Below are positions 37,641 through 50,419 of a stretch of DNA of 64,000 nucleotides, in pieces. Below the pieces are notes generated by a model that worked only from the letters and a program-made list of their open reading frames with translations, was not told the DNA's origin and did no database searches. Positions within the stretch are counted from its first letter, which is position 1. Each line of letters starts with the position of its first letter. Origin of the DNA: Pristiophorus japonicus (Eukaryota). The position numbers and the translations under genes are program-made. The stretch is taken from the NCBI RefSeq assembly GCF_044704955.1, contig NC_091986.1:31806001-31870000 (forward strand), read 5' to 3'.

Positions 37641-37954
37641 CAAGGTCGACTGCCAGTACGGACCTTGTAATTTTTAGCAAGTGTTGTACTTTGAAGCCTT
37701 TCCAAAAATAATTAGCGTGTTCTGTACTTGCCAGAACTTTCCCTGATACCCAAGAATTTTGAAATGACTATGGAAAACTCTTGCCGTAGCAGGAAGTATC
37801 ACGCAGCCATTCAAACTTAAATCCTGACAGATTGCGAGTAAAAAGAAAAGGAAGCAGGAAAGTGATTGTGGTAAGGATAACCGGATTATGTCAGGAAGGG
37901 ACAGAGCCTACAAACAAAGGAGTGCACTAACAAATAGGGTCCGTGTAAGAAAAA

Positions 37955-39313
37955 ATGCCTTTTGAGAGTGAAGGGTCGCCTGTCACTGCTCAACAAGTTA
38001 GGACCTGGACCAGCCGGGATCCGATCTTATCGGTTGTAAAATGTTGTGTCCTTAGTGGTGATTGGTTGGCCATTCCCAGGGAAGTGTGTGATGAGACCAA
38101 ACCTTACACCCGTCGCAAGGACGAACTATCCATTCAATCTGATTGTTTGCTATGGGGTAATCGTGTTGTTATGTCCAAGAAAGGTAGGGAGAGATTTACA
38201 CAGTACCCATCCCGGTATTGTGATGATGAAGGCCATTGCCAGGTCTCACGTTTGGTGACCTGGCATTGACTCTGATTTGGAGTCGTGTGCATCAGTGCAA
38301 CATTTGCATGCAGTTAAGCAATGCACCACTGGAATCGCCACTAAGTCTGTGGTCGTGGCCATCCAAACCATGGCCGAGGATCCACATCGACTATGCGGGT
38401 CCTTTCCTGGGCAAAATTATTTTAGTGGTGGATGCGTATTCCAAATGGATAGAATGTGTAATCATGTCATCCAGCACATCCACATCCACCATTGAGAGCC
38501 TTCGTGCCATGTTCGTCACCCATGGTGTGCCTGACATCGTTGTGAGTGACAACGGATCGTGCTTCGCGAGTTCGGAGTTTCAAGAGTTTGAGACTCGATG
38601 GTATCAGGCACGTAAGGTCAGCACCATTCAAACCTGCATCCAATGGTCAAGCGGAGCGGTCTGTTCAAACCATCAAGCAGAGCATGAAACGCGTAACTCA
38701 CTGTTCTTTGCAGACTCGCTTGTCACGCATACTGCTTAGTAACAGGACGAGACCCCACATGCTTACCGGGGTCCCCCCTGCTGAACTGTTGATGAAGAGA
38801 GGTCTCAAGACCAGGCTCTCGCTTGTCCACTCTGATCTTAACGATCATGTCAAAAACAAATGTCAACATCAGCAGTGGTATCATGATCGTACTGCTGTGT
38901 CATGCGACTTCTCTATTAATGATACTGTGTCTGTGCTAAATTATGGTCAAAGCCCCAAGTGGGCCACTGGTACTGTTACGGCCAAGGAGGGTAACAGGGT
39001 GCTTATTGTCAGGCTCACTAATGGGCAAACATGCAGGAGGCACATTGATCAGATGAAATTGCGGCACACAGACGAACCAGAACAGCTTGAAGAAGGCACC
39101 ATCAATGACCAACCGATTCATATTCAGCCATCAGAAGATCCTGCTGTTGTCAATGAATCTGGACCTTCAATCCCTGACGTGGACACTGCCACTGCCATTA
39201 GATCGGCTACCCAGCCTCAAGTCATGAATGACCCGGAGAGCTCACCCAGATCTGGAATTGAACTGAGACGATCAACCAATGAGCGGAAAGCCCCGGACTG
39301 TCTCAATTTGTAA
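37955..39313 (+). pseudogene. pol: Gypsy integrase, frameshifted
   Basis: HPGIVMMKAIARSHVW, RIHIDYAGPF, VSDNGSCF, SNGQAERSVQTIK. Confidence 0.9.
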
Positions 39314-39559
39314 ATAGGACTGATACCAAGATCTTGGGGCGGGGGTGGAGGGGAGTGGGAGGAATGATGTAATGTATGTGTGCCTCAAGAGGGAGTGACC
39401 GTCGGAGGTCATTGGGCCACAGACACACACGTGCAGCCCTTATGTATAAAGAAATCCTCCATGTTTAATCCTCACTTTGAGAGTTAATAAAGTAGAGTCA
39501 GGTTGCACCTGATTGAGTTCACGGTACTAAGTCTATTGAATTATTTTGCATATGCAACA
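37955..39559 (+). mobile_element. 5'-truncated Gypsy element (integrase + PPT + 3' LTR)
   Basis: Integrase is homologous to 1593-2960; G-rich PPT at about 39335-39367; LTR TGTAATG...GCAACA at 39368-39559 with TATAAA and AATAAA. Confidence 0.88.
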
Positions 39560-42390
39560 ATAACACAAATAGGGCTATAGTACAACATCATGTTAAGATA
39601 TCTAATAATGTTAAAGACAAATGTAAAAGCACCGTATCTGAATGCACAAAGCATCTGTAATAAGGTAGACTAATTAACAGCGCAAATAGATGTAAATGGA
39701 TATGATATACTTGCAATAACGGAGACATGGTTGCAGGGTGACCAGGATTGGGAACTAAATATCCAAGGTTAATCGATATTTAGGAAGGACAGGCAAAAAG
39801 AAAAAGGGGGTGGTGTGACATTGTTAGTAAAGGATGAAATCAGAGCAAAGTGAGAGAGGATATTGGCTCAGAAAATCAATATCTAGAATCAGTCTGAGTG
39901 GAGCTAAAGAGCATCAAGGGGCAGAAAACATTGTAGGAGTTGTCTATAGGCCTCCAAACAGTAGTGGTAGTGTAGGGGATGGCACCAAACAGGAAATTAG
40001 AGATGCATGTAACAAGGGTACTACAGTAATCGTAGGTGACTTTAATCTACATATTAGATTGGCCAAACCAAATTAGTAGTAATACTGTGGAGGATGAATT
40101 CCTGGAGTGTTTGAGTTTTATTTTAGACCAGTATGTTGAGGAGCCTACTAGGGAACAGGCTATCCTAGATTGGGTATTGTGTAATGAGAAAGGGTTAATG
40201 TAATGAGAAAGGATTCATTAACAGTCTTGTTGTGCTGGTTCCTTTAGGGAAGAGTGACCATAACATGATTGAATTCTTTATTAAGATGGAAAGTGAAGCA
40301 GTCCAATCCGAAACTCGGATCCAAAATCTAAACGAAGGAAACTACAAAGGTATGAGGAATGAATTGGCTATGATAGATTGTGAAGATTCATTAAAAGGCA
40401 TGATGGTGGATAGGCAATGGCTAACATTTAAGGAACTAATGCATGAATTACAACATTCCTTTCTGCTGCAAAAACACAAAAGGAAAAGTGGCCCAACCAT
40501 GGCTAACAAAAGAAATTAAGGATAGTGTTAGATCTAAAGAGGAGTCATTCAAAGTTGCCAGAAAAAGAAGCAAGCCTGAGGTTTGGGAGCAGTTTAGAAT
40601 TCAGCAAAAAAGAACCAAGAGATTGATTTAAGAGGAGAAAAACAGAGTATGAGAGTAAACTTGCAAAGAACATAAAACCTGACTGCAAAAGTTTTTACAA
40701 GTATGTAAAAAGAAAAAGATTAGTGAAGACAAATGTCGGTCCTTTACAGTCAGAAATGGGAGAATTTATAATGGGAATCAAGGAAATGGCAGAACAATTC
40801 GGTTTTGTCTTTACGGAAGAGGACACAAATAACTTTCCAGAAATGCTCGGGAACCAAGGGTCTCATGAGAAAGAGGAATTAAAGAAAATGATTATTAGTA
40901 AGAAAATAGTGCTTGAGGAACTAATGGGACTGAAGGCAGATAAATCCCCAGGGCCTGATAATCTGCATCCCATAGTACTAAAAGAGTTAGCCATGGAAAT
41001 AGAGGATGCATTGGTTGTCATCTTCCAAAATTCTATAGATTATGGAACAGTTCCTGCAGATTGGAGGGTGTAAAAAAAAAGGTGGGAGAGAGAAAACAGG
41101 GAACTACAGACTGGTTAGCTTAAAATCAGTAGTAGGGAAAATGTTAGTCTGTTATAAAGGATGTGATAACAGGACACTTAGAAAATATCAACAGGATTAG
41201 AAAAAGTCGACATGAATTTATGAAAGGAAAATCGTGTTTGTCAAACCTACTGGAGTTTTTTGAGGATGTAACTGATAGAACAGATAAGGGAGAAGCAGTG
41301 GATCTAGTGTATTTGGATTTACAGAAGGCCTTTGATAAAGTCTCACATAAGCGTGTGCAAAATTAAAGCACATAGGATTGGAGGTAATATACTGGCATGG
41401 ATTGAAAATTGGTTAACTGACAGGAAACAGAGAATAGGAATAAACGGGTCTTTTTTGGGGTGGCAGACAGTGACTAGTGGGGTACCACAGGAATCAGTGC
41501 TTGGGCCCCAGCTATTACTAATATATATAAATGATTTGGATGAGGGAACCAAATGTAATATTTCCAAGTTTGCCGATGACCCAAAACTAGGTGGGATTGT
41601 GAGTTGTGAGGAGGATGCAAAAACGCTGCAAGGCGATTTTAGATCAGTTGAATGAGTGGGCAAACATATAGCAGATGTAGTATAATGTGGATAAATGTGA
41701 AGTTATCCACTTTGGTCGTAAAAACATAGACAAAGTATTATTTAAATGGTGATGGCTTGGGAAATGTCGATGTACAGAGGGACCTGGGTGTCCTTGTACA
41801 CCAGTCATTGAAAGCAAAACATGCAGGTGCAACAAGCAGTTAGGAAGTCAAATGGTATGTTGGCCTTCATTGCAAGAGGATTTGAGTACAGGAACAAGGA
41901 TGTCTTACTACAGTAATACAGGGCCTTGGTGAGACCGCACCTGGAGTATTGTGTGCAGTTTTGATCTCCTTACCTTAGAAAGGATATTCTTGCCATAGAA
42001 GGGAGTGCAGCGAAGGTTCATCAGACTGATTCCTGGGATGACAGGACTGTCGTAAGAGGAAAGATTGGGTCGACCAGGCCTGTAATCAGTAGAGTTTAGA
42101 AGAATGAGAGGGGATCTCATTGAAATGTATAAAATTCTGACTGGGCTAGATAGACTGGATGCGGAGAGGATGTTTCCCCTGGCTGGGAAGTCTAGAACAA
42201 GGGGTCACAGTCTCAGGATGCAGGATAGGAAATTTAGGACTGATGAGAAATTTCTTCACTCAGAGGGTGGTGAACATGTGGAATTTTCTACCACAGAAGG
42301 CTGTGGAGGCCAAGTCACTGAATATATTTAAGAAAGAGATCGATAGATTTCTAGACACAAAAGGCATCAAGGTGTATGGGTAGAAACGAT

Positions 42391-44280
42391 GGGCCCAAGT
42401 TTTGAGCCGCGCCTAGAACGGCGCAGTCCCGACCTGGACGCCCGTTTTTCGCACCACAAAGTGCGCCTAAAAAAACCCTCCAGATTCTCCAGCTCCCTGC
42501 AGGTCCTCTGGCCCTCGGTGCAGTGCAGTAGGGGGCGGAGCCAGGTCCCTGCGCTGAAAACAGTGCCGGGACCTCTGCACATGCGCGCTACAGTGGGCGC
42601 GCATGTGCAGTAGCTCCAGGCGCCCAAATCTGTGTGGGAGGGACCGAAGCACGCAGCCCCTAGCCCTGGCCGAATGGGGCTGCGTGAATAAGGCTCCTCC
42701 CACGGCCAGCTCCTGCTTCCTCCCGACCCAACTCGACTCCCGCTTCCCGCCTCCGGACCTGACACCGGACCCGACACCGACCTGACTCCCGCTTCTCCCC
42801 CCCCCCCCCCACTCTCCGCCCCCGGACCGGACCCGACACCGACCTGACTCCCGCTTCCCCCCCGGCCCCCGGACACGACCCGACCCCCCGGACTGGACCC
42901 GACCGACTCCCGCCCCGCCTCCGGACCCGACACCGACACCGACCCGACTCCCGCTTCCCCCCCCACCTGCCCCCGGACTGGATCCGACCTGACCCTCCCT
43001 CCCTCCCTCCCCCCGACCCGAACCGAACCGACCTCCCTCTCACCAACCCCCGACCCGCGCTCCCCCCGACCTGACCCAACACTACCTACCTGTAAATCTG
43101 GTGCTGGGGACGGGCCCTGCCCGAAGTCTCGGGCCTGGCCCGTTCAGCCTCCCTCCCCCTTCTCCTCGCCCCCCCCTTCACCTCCTTTTTCCCCCCCCCT
43201 CTAATCTCCTCCTTCCCCCTCCCTAATCTCCTCCTTCCCCCCCCAATCTCCTCCTTTCCCCCCCCCTAATCTCCTCCTTCCCCCCCCCTAATCTCCTCCT
43301 TCCCCCCCCCTAATCTTCTCCTTCCCCCCCCCCATCTCCTCCTTCCCCCCCCATCTCCTCCTTCCCCCCCCATCTCCTCCTTCCCCCCCCCCATCTCCTC
43401 CTTCCCCCCCCCATCTCCTCCTTCCCCCCCCCATCTCCTCCTTCCCCCCCCCATCTCCTCCTTCCCCCCCCCACATCTCCTCCCTCCCCCCCCCATCTCC
43501 TTTCTCCACCCCCCATCTCCTTTCTCCCCCCCCCATCTCCTTTCTCCCCCCCCATCTTCTTTCTCCCCCCCCCATCTCCTTTCTCTCCCCCCCCCCATCT
43601 CCTTTCTCCCCCCCCATCTCCTTTCTCCCCCCCCCCCCATCTCCTTTCTCCCCCTTCTCCCCCATCCCTCCCTCCCTCTATCCCCCTCCTCCCCCTCCCC
43701 TCGCTGTCAGCAAAACAGACAGAGAATGAGGGACACACACACAGACAGAGAGATAGAGACACTGACAGAGACACACTGGGGGGGGGGCATTCCAGCACGC
43801 TGTTGGAGGGCTCCCGGTGCTGCAGTCGTTAAGTAGAAATGTTTTATTTATTGAGTTAAAAAATATATATTTCTTATTAATTTTTTTTTGATTGTATTTA
43901 TCATTTATTATTGATGATGGCTCTTTATTTGTAAAACTGAAGTGTTTAATATTTGTAAACTTCCCTTTAACCCCCCCCGCCCATTCCCTACGCCTGATTT
44001 GTAACCTATGCCTGATTTTCTAAAGTGTAGAAAAGGTTTTTTCGAGCGTACAAAAATCTTCACATACTCCATTCTAAGTTAGTTTGGAGTAAGTTTTCAC
44101 TGATGAAACTTTGAAAACAGGCGTAAGTGGCCGGACACGCCCCCTTTTGAAAATAAAATTCTGTTCCAAAGTGAAACTGTTCTAACTGACTAGAACTGGA
44201 GCAAACTAAATGACGAGAATTCCGTTCTACACCAGTTGCTCCTAAAAAATCAGGAGCAAATCATGTCGAAACTTGGGGCC
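42391..44280. mobile_element. Harbinger-type MITE (inverted relative of 28700-29861) with expanded minisatellites
   Basis: Ends GGGCCCAAGTTTTGA / TCGAAACTTGGGGCC; both arms are reverse-complement homologues of the 28700 and 45805 copies; TSD unclear. Confidence 0.88.
43150..43700. repeat. Polypyrimidine minisatellite, ~20-bp unit CnATCTCCTCCTT / CnATCTCCTTTCT
   Basis: More than 20 tandem units visible. Confidence 0.95.
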
Positions 44281-45804
44281 ATAGAAATTTACAGCTCAGA
44301 AGGAGGTCATTTCGGCCCATTGTCTCCACGCCGGCCGACAAAGAGTCGCACGGCTGTTTGTCAGCAGCCCTAAAGTTTACATATAAACCTATGAGCAATG
44401 ACGGAAAGGCAAAGAGCACCCAGTCCAACCAGCCTGCCTCACACAACTGCGACATCCCTTATACTGAAACATTCTACACTCCACCCCAACCAGAGCCATG
44501 TAATCTCCTGGGAGAGGCAAAAACCAGATTAAAAACCCAGGCCAATTTAGGCGGAAAAAATCTGGGAAAATTCCTCTCTGACTCATCCAGGTGATCAAAA
44601 CTAGTCCAGGAGATCATCCTGGCTGTATTTTATTCCCTTCAGTACTTACCATTATATCTGCCCCGTCCAAAAAAAGGTCATCCAGTCTAATCCCAATTAA
44701 CAGCTCAAGGTCCGTAACCCTGCAGGTTATGGCACTTTAAGTACCCATCCAACCATCTCTTAAAAGTGGTGAGGGTTTCTGCATCCACCATTCTTCCAGG
44801 CAGCGAGTTCCAGATCCTCACAACCTCTGCGTAAAGAAGCCCCCCTCAAATCCCCTCTAAATATTCCACCAACCACCTTAAAACTATGCCCCCTAGTAAT
44901 AGACCCTTCCACCAATGGAAATAGACCCTTACTATCCACTATGTCCAGGCCCCTCAATATTTTGTACACCTCAATGAGGTCTCCTCTCAACCTCCCCTCT
45001 TCCAATGAGAACAAACCCAGCCTATCCAATCTGTCCTCATAACCAAGGTTTTCCATTCCAGGCAGCATCCTAGTAAATTGCCTTTGCACCCTCTCTGGTG
45101 CAATCACGTCCTTTCCTATAATACGGCGACCAGAACTGCACACAATACTCCAGCTGTGGCCTAACCAAGGTATTATACAATTTAAGCATAACCTCCCTGC
45201 TCTTATATTCTATTACTTGGCCAATAAAGGCAAGCATTCCGTATGCCTTCTTAACCACCTTATCCACCTGGCGTGCTACTTTCAGGGATCTGTGGACAAG
45301 CACTCCAAGGTCCCTTTGTTCATCTTGACTACTAAGTGGCCTACCGCTTAATTTATATACCATTTCTTTATTAGCCCTCCCAAAGTGCATCACCTCACAC
45401 TTCTCTGAATTAAATTTCATTTGCCACTGCTCTGCTCACCTGACCAGTAGATTGATATCCTCCTGCAGCCCATGACCTTCCTCTTCATTATCAACCACAC
45501 AGCCAATTTTAGTGTTGTCTGCAAACTTCTTAATCATACTCTGTATATTCAAATCTAAATCGTTGATATATATCACAAAAAGCAAGGGGCCCAGTTCTGA
45601 GCCCTGCGGAACCCCACTGGAAACATCCTTTCAGTCACAAAAACATCCATCAATTATTACCCTTGGCTTCCTACCTCCAAGCCAATTTTGGATCCAACTT
45701 GCCACTTTGCCCTGTATCCCATGGGAGAAAGTGGGACTATGGTGTTGAGATAGAGGATCAGCCATGATCATACTGAATGGCCTACTACTGCTCCTATTTT
45801 CTAT

Positions 45805-47044
45805 GGGCCCAAGTTTCCACATGATTCGCGCCTGATTTTTAGGAGCAACTGGTGGAGAACGGACTATTTTAGAAATCGCAATTCTCCACATTTTTTTTCT
45901 GCAGTTCTAGTCAGGTAGAACAGTTCTAGTTTAGAACAGAATTTTTTCTTCAAAAGGGGGCGTGTCCGGCCACTGACGCCTGATTTGAAAGTTTCCACAG
46001 TGAAAATGTACTCCAAACTAAAGTAGAATGGCGCCAGTGAAGATTTTTGTAGAACTGAAAAAACCTGTTCTACACATTAAAAAATCAGGCGCAAGTTACA
46101 AATTAGGCGTCCAGAACGAGGTGGGGGGGGGAAGGGAACTCATTAAATTTGACAATAAATCCTTATTTATACTTCTACAAATATTATACAAATAAATCCA
46201 ACCTGAATAAACATTTATAAGCCAAGAAAAGATTAAATAAACCATCTTCCTACCTGTGTGAAAGTGCTTCAGCCAGGGAGAATTCTGCAGNNNNNNNNNN
46301 NNNNNNNNNNNNNNNNNNNNNNNNNNNNNNNNNNNNNNNNNNNNNNNNNNNNNNNNNNNNNNNNNNNNNNNNNNNNNNNNNNNNNNNNNNNNNNNNNNNN
46401 NNNNNNNNNNNNNNNNNNNNNNNNNNNNNNNNNNNNNNNNNNNNNNNNNNNNNNNNNNNNNNNNNNNNNNNNNNNNNNNNNNNNNNNNNNNNNNNNNNNN
46501 NNNNNNNNNNNNNNNNNNNNNNNNNNNNNNNNNNNNNNNNNNNNNGGTCGGGGGAGCGGTTGTCGGGTCGGGGGGGGGAGCGAGTGTCGGGTCGGGGCAG
46601 ACGGGGGGGGGGGAGCGGGTCTCGGGTCTGGGGCGGGGGGGAGCGGGGGTCGGGTCTGGGGCGGGGGGGAGCGAGTGTCGGGTCTGGTCGGGGGCGGGGA
46701 GCAGGAGCTGGCCATGAGAGGAGCCTCATTCACGCAGCCCCAGTGAGGCCATTGGGCCAGAGCTAGGGGCTGCGTGCTTCGGGCCCCTCCCACACAGTTC
46801 GGCGCCTGGAGCTACTGCACTTGCGTGCTGACTGTAGCGCGCATGTGCAGAGGTCCCGGCACTGTTTTCAGCGCAGGGACCTGGCTCCGCCCCCCCCACA
46901 ACTCGTGCCGGCTGCGCCGAGTGCCACAGGACCTGTAAGTCGGTGGAGACTACCGAGGATTTTTTTAGGCGCCGTTTTAGGCGCGAAAAACGGGCGCCCA
47001 GCTCGGAGGGGCGCCCGTTTTTTTTCTTGTGGAAACTTGGGCCC
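45805..47044. mobile_element. Young Harbinger-type MITE
   Basis: Perfect 17-bp TIR GGGCCCAAGTTTCCACA; TSD TAT/TAT; nearly identical to 28700-29861. Confidence 0.93.
46291..46545. other. Assembly gap (255 N)
   Basis: Run of N inside the G-rich core of the MITE. Confidence 1.
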
Positions 47045-47549
47045 TATGTTACTATGCTTCTATGATTGATGAGGATCCCCTTAAATAGTGTTGCTGAAGC
47101 CAGCTTCCCGTTGCATGCCACCTCAACCTGTCGTTACTTTCTCTAGCTGTTAAGTACATTGGCCAAAACAAAGTTTGAAGATCGGGTGTCCAGTGAGTGT
47201 TGCACACTCGCTGACATCGCGATCTCCATCATGGCGAGTTCCCTGGTGATCGAGGTTACTGGCAGTGTTTCCACAGCACCGCTATGCCGTGCAGCCATGG
47301 AAATGGCATCAGCTGTAATTAAAGCTGTCAACAGTATTTTAGTACCTTCTCCTGGTACTAACAGTTGATGCAATCCATACAAATTTTTCAGTGCCATAGT
47401 CTGCATCTCTGTCCTCTTCAGCAGATCGAGGATATGAGCTAACCCTCTGGTGAATTGTTTCTTCTACAGTCCTGTCCTGCACCGGCCGTTATTGCAAGGA
47501 GGCTGGAATACAATGGGATGTTATGGTTCTGGTGTATGAAGTCTTGCTC

Positions 47550-47890
47550 AGTCCCTATCTGGAGTACCCCGTTCAGTTTTGGGCACCATGCCTCAGGAAG
47601 GATAAATTAGCCTTGGATGGGGTATAGCGCAACGTCACCAGAAAGATAGAGATACTTAGAGAGATAAATTATGAAGATGGGTTGCATAAAGTTGGCTTGT
47701 ATTTCCTTGAGTAGATAAGATTGAGAGGCTGATCTGATCGAAGTGTTTAAAATGTTAAAAGGATTTAATAGAGTGGATATGGAGAAACTGTTTCCTCTGG
47801 TAAGGGAATCGAAAACAAGGGGACATCATTGTAACATTCAGGAGCAAAATCAGTAAGCATGTTTTCCACACACAGGATAATAGAATTGTT
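47550..47890 (+). mobile_element. Old CR1 fragment (tail resumes at about 49165-49262)
   Basis: CTGGAGTAC...GTTCAGTTTTGG, AGATTGAGAGG.TGATCTGAT.GA.GTGTTTAAAAT. Confidence 0.7.
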
Positions 47891-47891
47891 T

Positions 47892-49160
47892 GTTTATTCA
47901 TTCCTGGGATGTGAGTATCGCTGGCAAGGCCAGAATTTATTGCCCTCGAGAAGGTGGTGGTGAGCTGCATTCTTGAAGCTCTGCATTCCTTGTGGTGAAG
48001 GTACTCCCACAGTGCTGTTAGGGAGGGAGTTCCAGAATTTTGATCCAGCAACAATGAATGAACGGCGATATATTTCCAAGCCAGGATGATGTGTGACTTG
48101 GAGGGGAACTTGCAGGTGATGGTTTTCCCATGCTCTTGCTGCACATGTACTTTTAGGCGGTAAAGGTCACGGGTTTGGCAAGTGCTGCCAAAGAAGCATT
48201 GGCGAGCTGCTGTAATGCATTTTGTAGATGGTATACATTGCAACCATTGTTTAAGGTGGTGGATGGAGTCCCAATTCAGCAGGCTGCTTTTCCTGCATGG
48301 TGTTGAGCTTCTTGAGTATTGTTGGAGCTGCACTTATCTAGACAAGTGGAGAGTATTCTATCACACTCCTGACTTGTGCCTTGTAGATGGTGGAAAGGTT
48401 TTGGGGAGTCACGAGGGGAGGCACTTGTCACAGAATACCCAGCCTCTGACCTGCTATTTCTGTGGCTGGTCCAGTCAATTTTCTGGTCAATGGTGACCCC
48501 CAGGATGTTGATGGTAGGGGTTCTGGCAATGGTAATGATGTTGAATGTCAAGGGACGGTGGTTAGACTCTCTTGTTGGGGATAATCATCGCCCGCCACTA
48601 ATATGGTGTGAATGTTATTTGTCACTTATTAACCCAAGCCTGAATGTTGTTCAGGTCTTGCTGCCGATGGGCATGGACTGCTTCATTATCTGAGGAGTTG
48701 CGAATGGAACTGAACACTGTGTAATCATCAGCAAAGTTTTCCACTTCTGACCTCACGATGGAGGGAAGGTCATTTATGAAGCAGCTGAAGATGGTTGGGC
48801 CTAGGACACTGCCCTGAGAAACTTCTGCAGTGATATTCTGGTGCGGAGATGATTGACCTCCAACAAACACAACCATCTTCCTTTGTACTAGATACGACCC
48901 CAACCAGAGGAGAGTTTTCCCCCGATTCCCATTTGACTTATATTTTACTAAGGCTCCTTGATGTGAAGGGCAGTCACTATCATCTCACCTCTCAAATTCA
49001 GCTCTTTTGTCCATGTTTGGACCTAGGCTATAATGAGGTTCTGGCGGAATCGAAACTGAGCATTGGTGAGCAGGTTATTGGTCAGTAAATGTCACTGGAT
49101 AGCACTTTGATGACACCTTCCATCACTTTGCTGATGATTGAGAGTAGACTGATGGGAGCC
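47892..49160 (-). mobile_element. LINE family B, 5'-truncated
   Basis: QGSVLGPTIFSCFINDL, FADDYTV, QQDLNNIQAW; colinear with 21735-22942. Confidence 0.85.
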
Positions 49161-49644
49161 AGACACTAAGGGTATGAAGGAATGTGGAGTAAAGGTGGAC
49201 AAATGGAGTTCAACCATAACCTAATTGAATGGTTTGTGAGGCTGGATGGCCTATTCCTGTTCTGAAACAGTTGCCATTTTTGAAACCCATACTGAAAAGT
49301 GTGCCATACTGAAAGGTGTTTCATTGAAGCTGTTGAAACATTGAGGTTGTGCCATATAGTGATACACACTCTTTCACCTCTGGGTCCCGGGTTTGTGTCT
49401 AATCCAGAGGGAGGGGATGTAATACAATGTGACATGTTGCAGCAAAAAGCAATTCATGAGTGTCAATGGTGCAGTATGATGTGGACATCTGAGTCTGAAG
49501 TTAAGGCTAATTATTTCAGTGCATTAAAGGAAGCGCTAATCTTCACATGATCCATCTTGCTTCCAATGTGGGAGCATTTGATGTTGACTCTAGGCACCAA
49601 AAGTAATGAGGGAGGTGGTAACAAGGCACTTAGTAAATTATAAT

Positions 49645-50331
49645 GGCTCAGAAATTGCAGTCGGAGGCTTCCCGCGAGCAGCTGCCTCTGACCTGAAAAA
49701 TTTCTACAAACCTACCTGGTGGTTCTGGAGAAGCGTGGGATTCCGGTGGGGAGGCCTTCTCTTCCCGCGCTGTGAAACGCGCTCCCGTCCTCGAGATACT
49801 GTATTCCACAGCTTTCTCATTAATAGCAATGAGAACTCCGTATCTACACACATCAATCACACTAAACACCATAATAAAAAATAAAAAACACACCTCACAT
49901 AATTAAAATTAATTGAAATTAAAGTTAATAAATGCCTTAGAAAAAATAAATATTTTTCCATTTTATTTTTATAAAGTTTTGTAATTCGGGTTCAAAATAA
50001 ACTTTCCTTTTAGTGGGCAGTATTTTCAACAATAAAGTGTTTTTATTAATTGCATTTTATTATATTTTTGTATGTTTTAAAATTCTTACGCCTGTCAGGC
50101 ACAAGAGTTTTGAGGACATTTGCTGGGCAAGATATGGGTAAATCCTGCAATCTTGCCCTTGCAAATGTCTGCGCTCCTGATATGCGGAGGATCTGTCAAG
50201 CTCCAGCTTGACGGATTGAAAAAAGCCGGCTTTCAGTGCATGCACATTGTGCGCTGAAAACCGGCTTTTGCGATGCCTTCCTGGGTCCGAAGACACTCAG
50301 TGTGGACCGGGGAGGCCCGGATATCCAGGCC
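49645..50331. mobile_element. Harbinger-type MITE (inverse orientation of the 14721-15421 family)
   Basis: Ends GGCTCAGAAATTGC / GGATATCCAGGCC; TSD AAT/AAT; interrupts a CR1 relic. Confidence 0.8.
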
Positions 50332-50419
50332 AATATGATTAGGCAGAATCAATATGGATTTATGAAAGAGAAAGTGTTTGACAAATCTGTTAGAATTTTT
50401 TGAGGTTTTAACTAGGGAG

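Larger units (their letters stand above)
35420..37800. mobile_element. Second, older Harbinger element (internally deleted, ends unclear)
   Basis: Convergent Myb/SANT exon and transposase relic; no clear TIR pair found. Confidence 0.7.
37830..42380 (+). mobile_element. Long CR1 LINE (APE endonuclease + RT, degenerate), interrupted by a Gypsy fragment; its 3' UTR resumes at 45721-45804 and 47045-47065
   Basis: YLNAQSI, AITETW, GVVYRPP, IVGDFN, LGKSDHNMI, KSPGPD, KSCLSNLLEFFE, KFADDPKL. Confidence 0.92.
42381..45720 (-). mobile_element. CR1 LINE of another subfamily, inserted antisense in the 3' end of the previous CR1
   Basis: RT motifs on the minus strand ([33 protein letters not shown]); ATGGG duplicated at 42376-42380 and 45721-45725; its own tail is split by a MITE. 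Confidence 0.88.
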
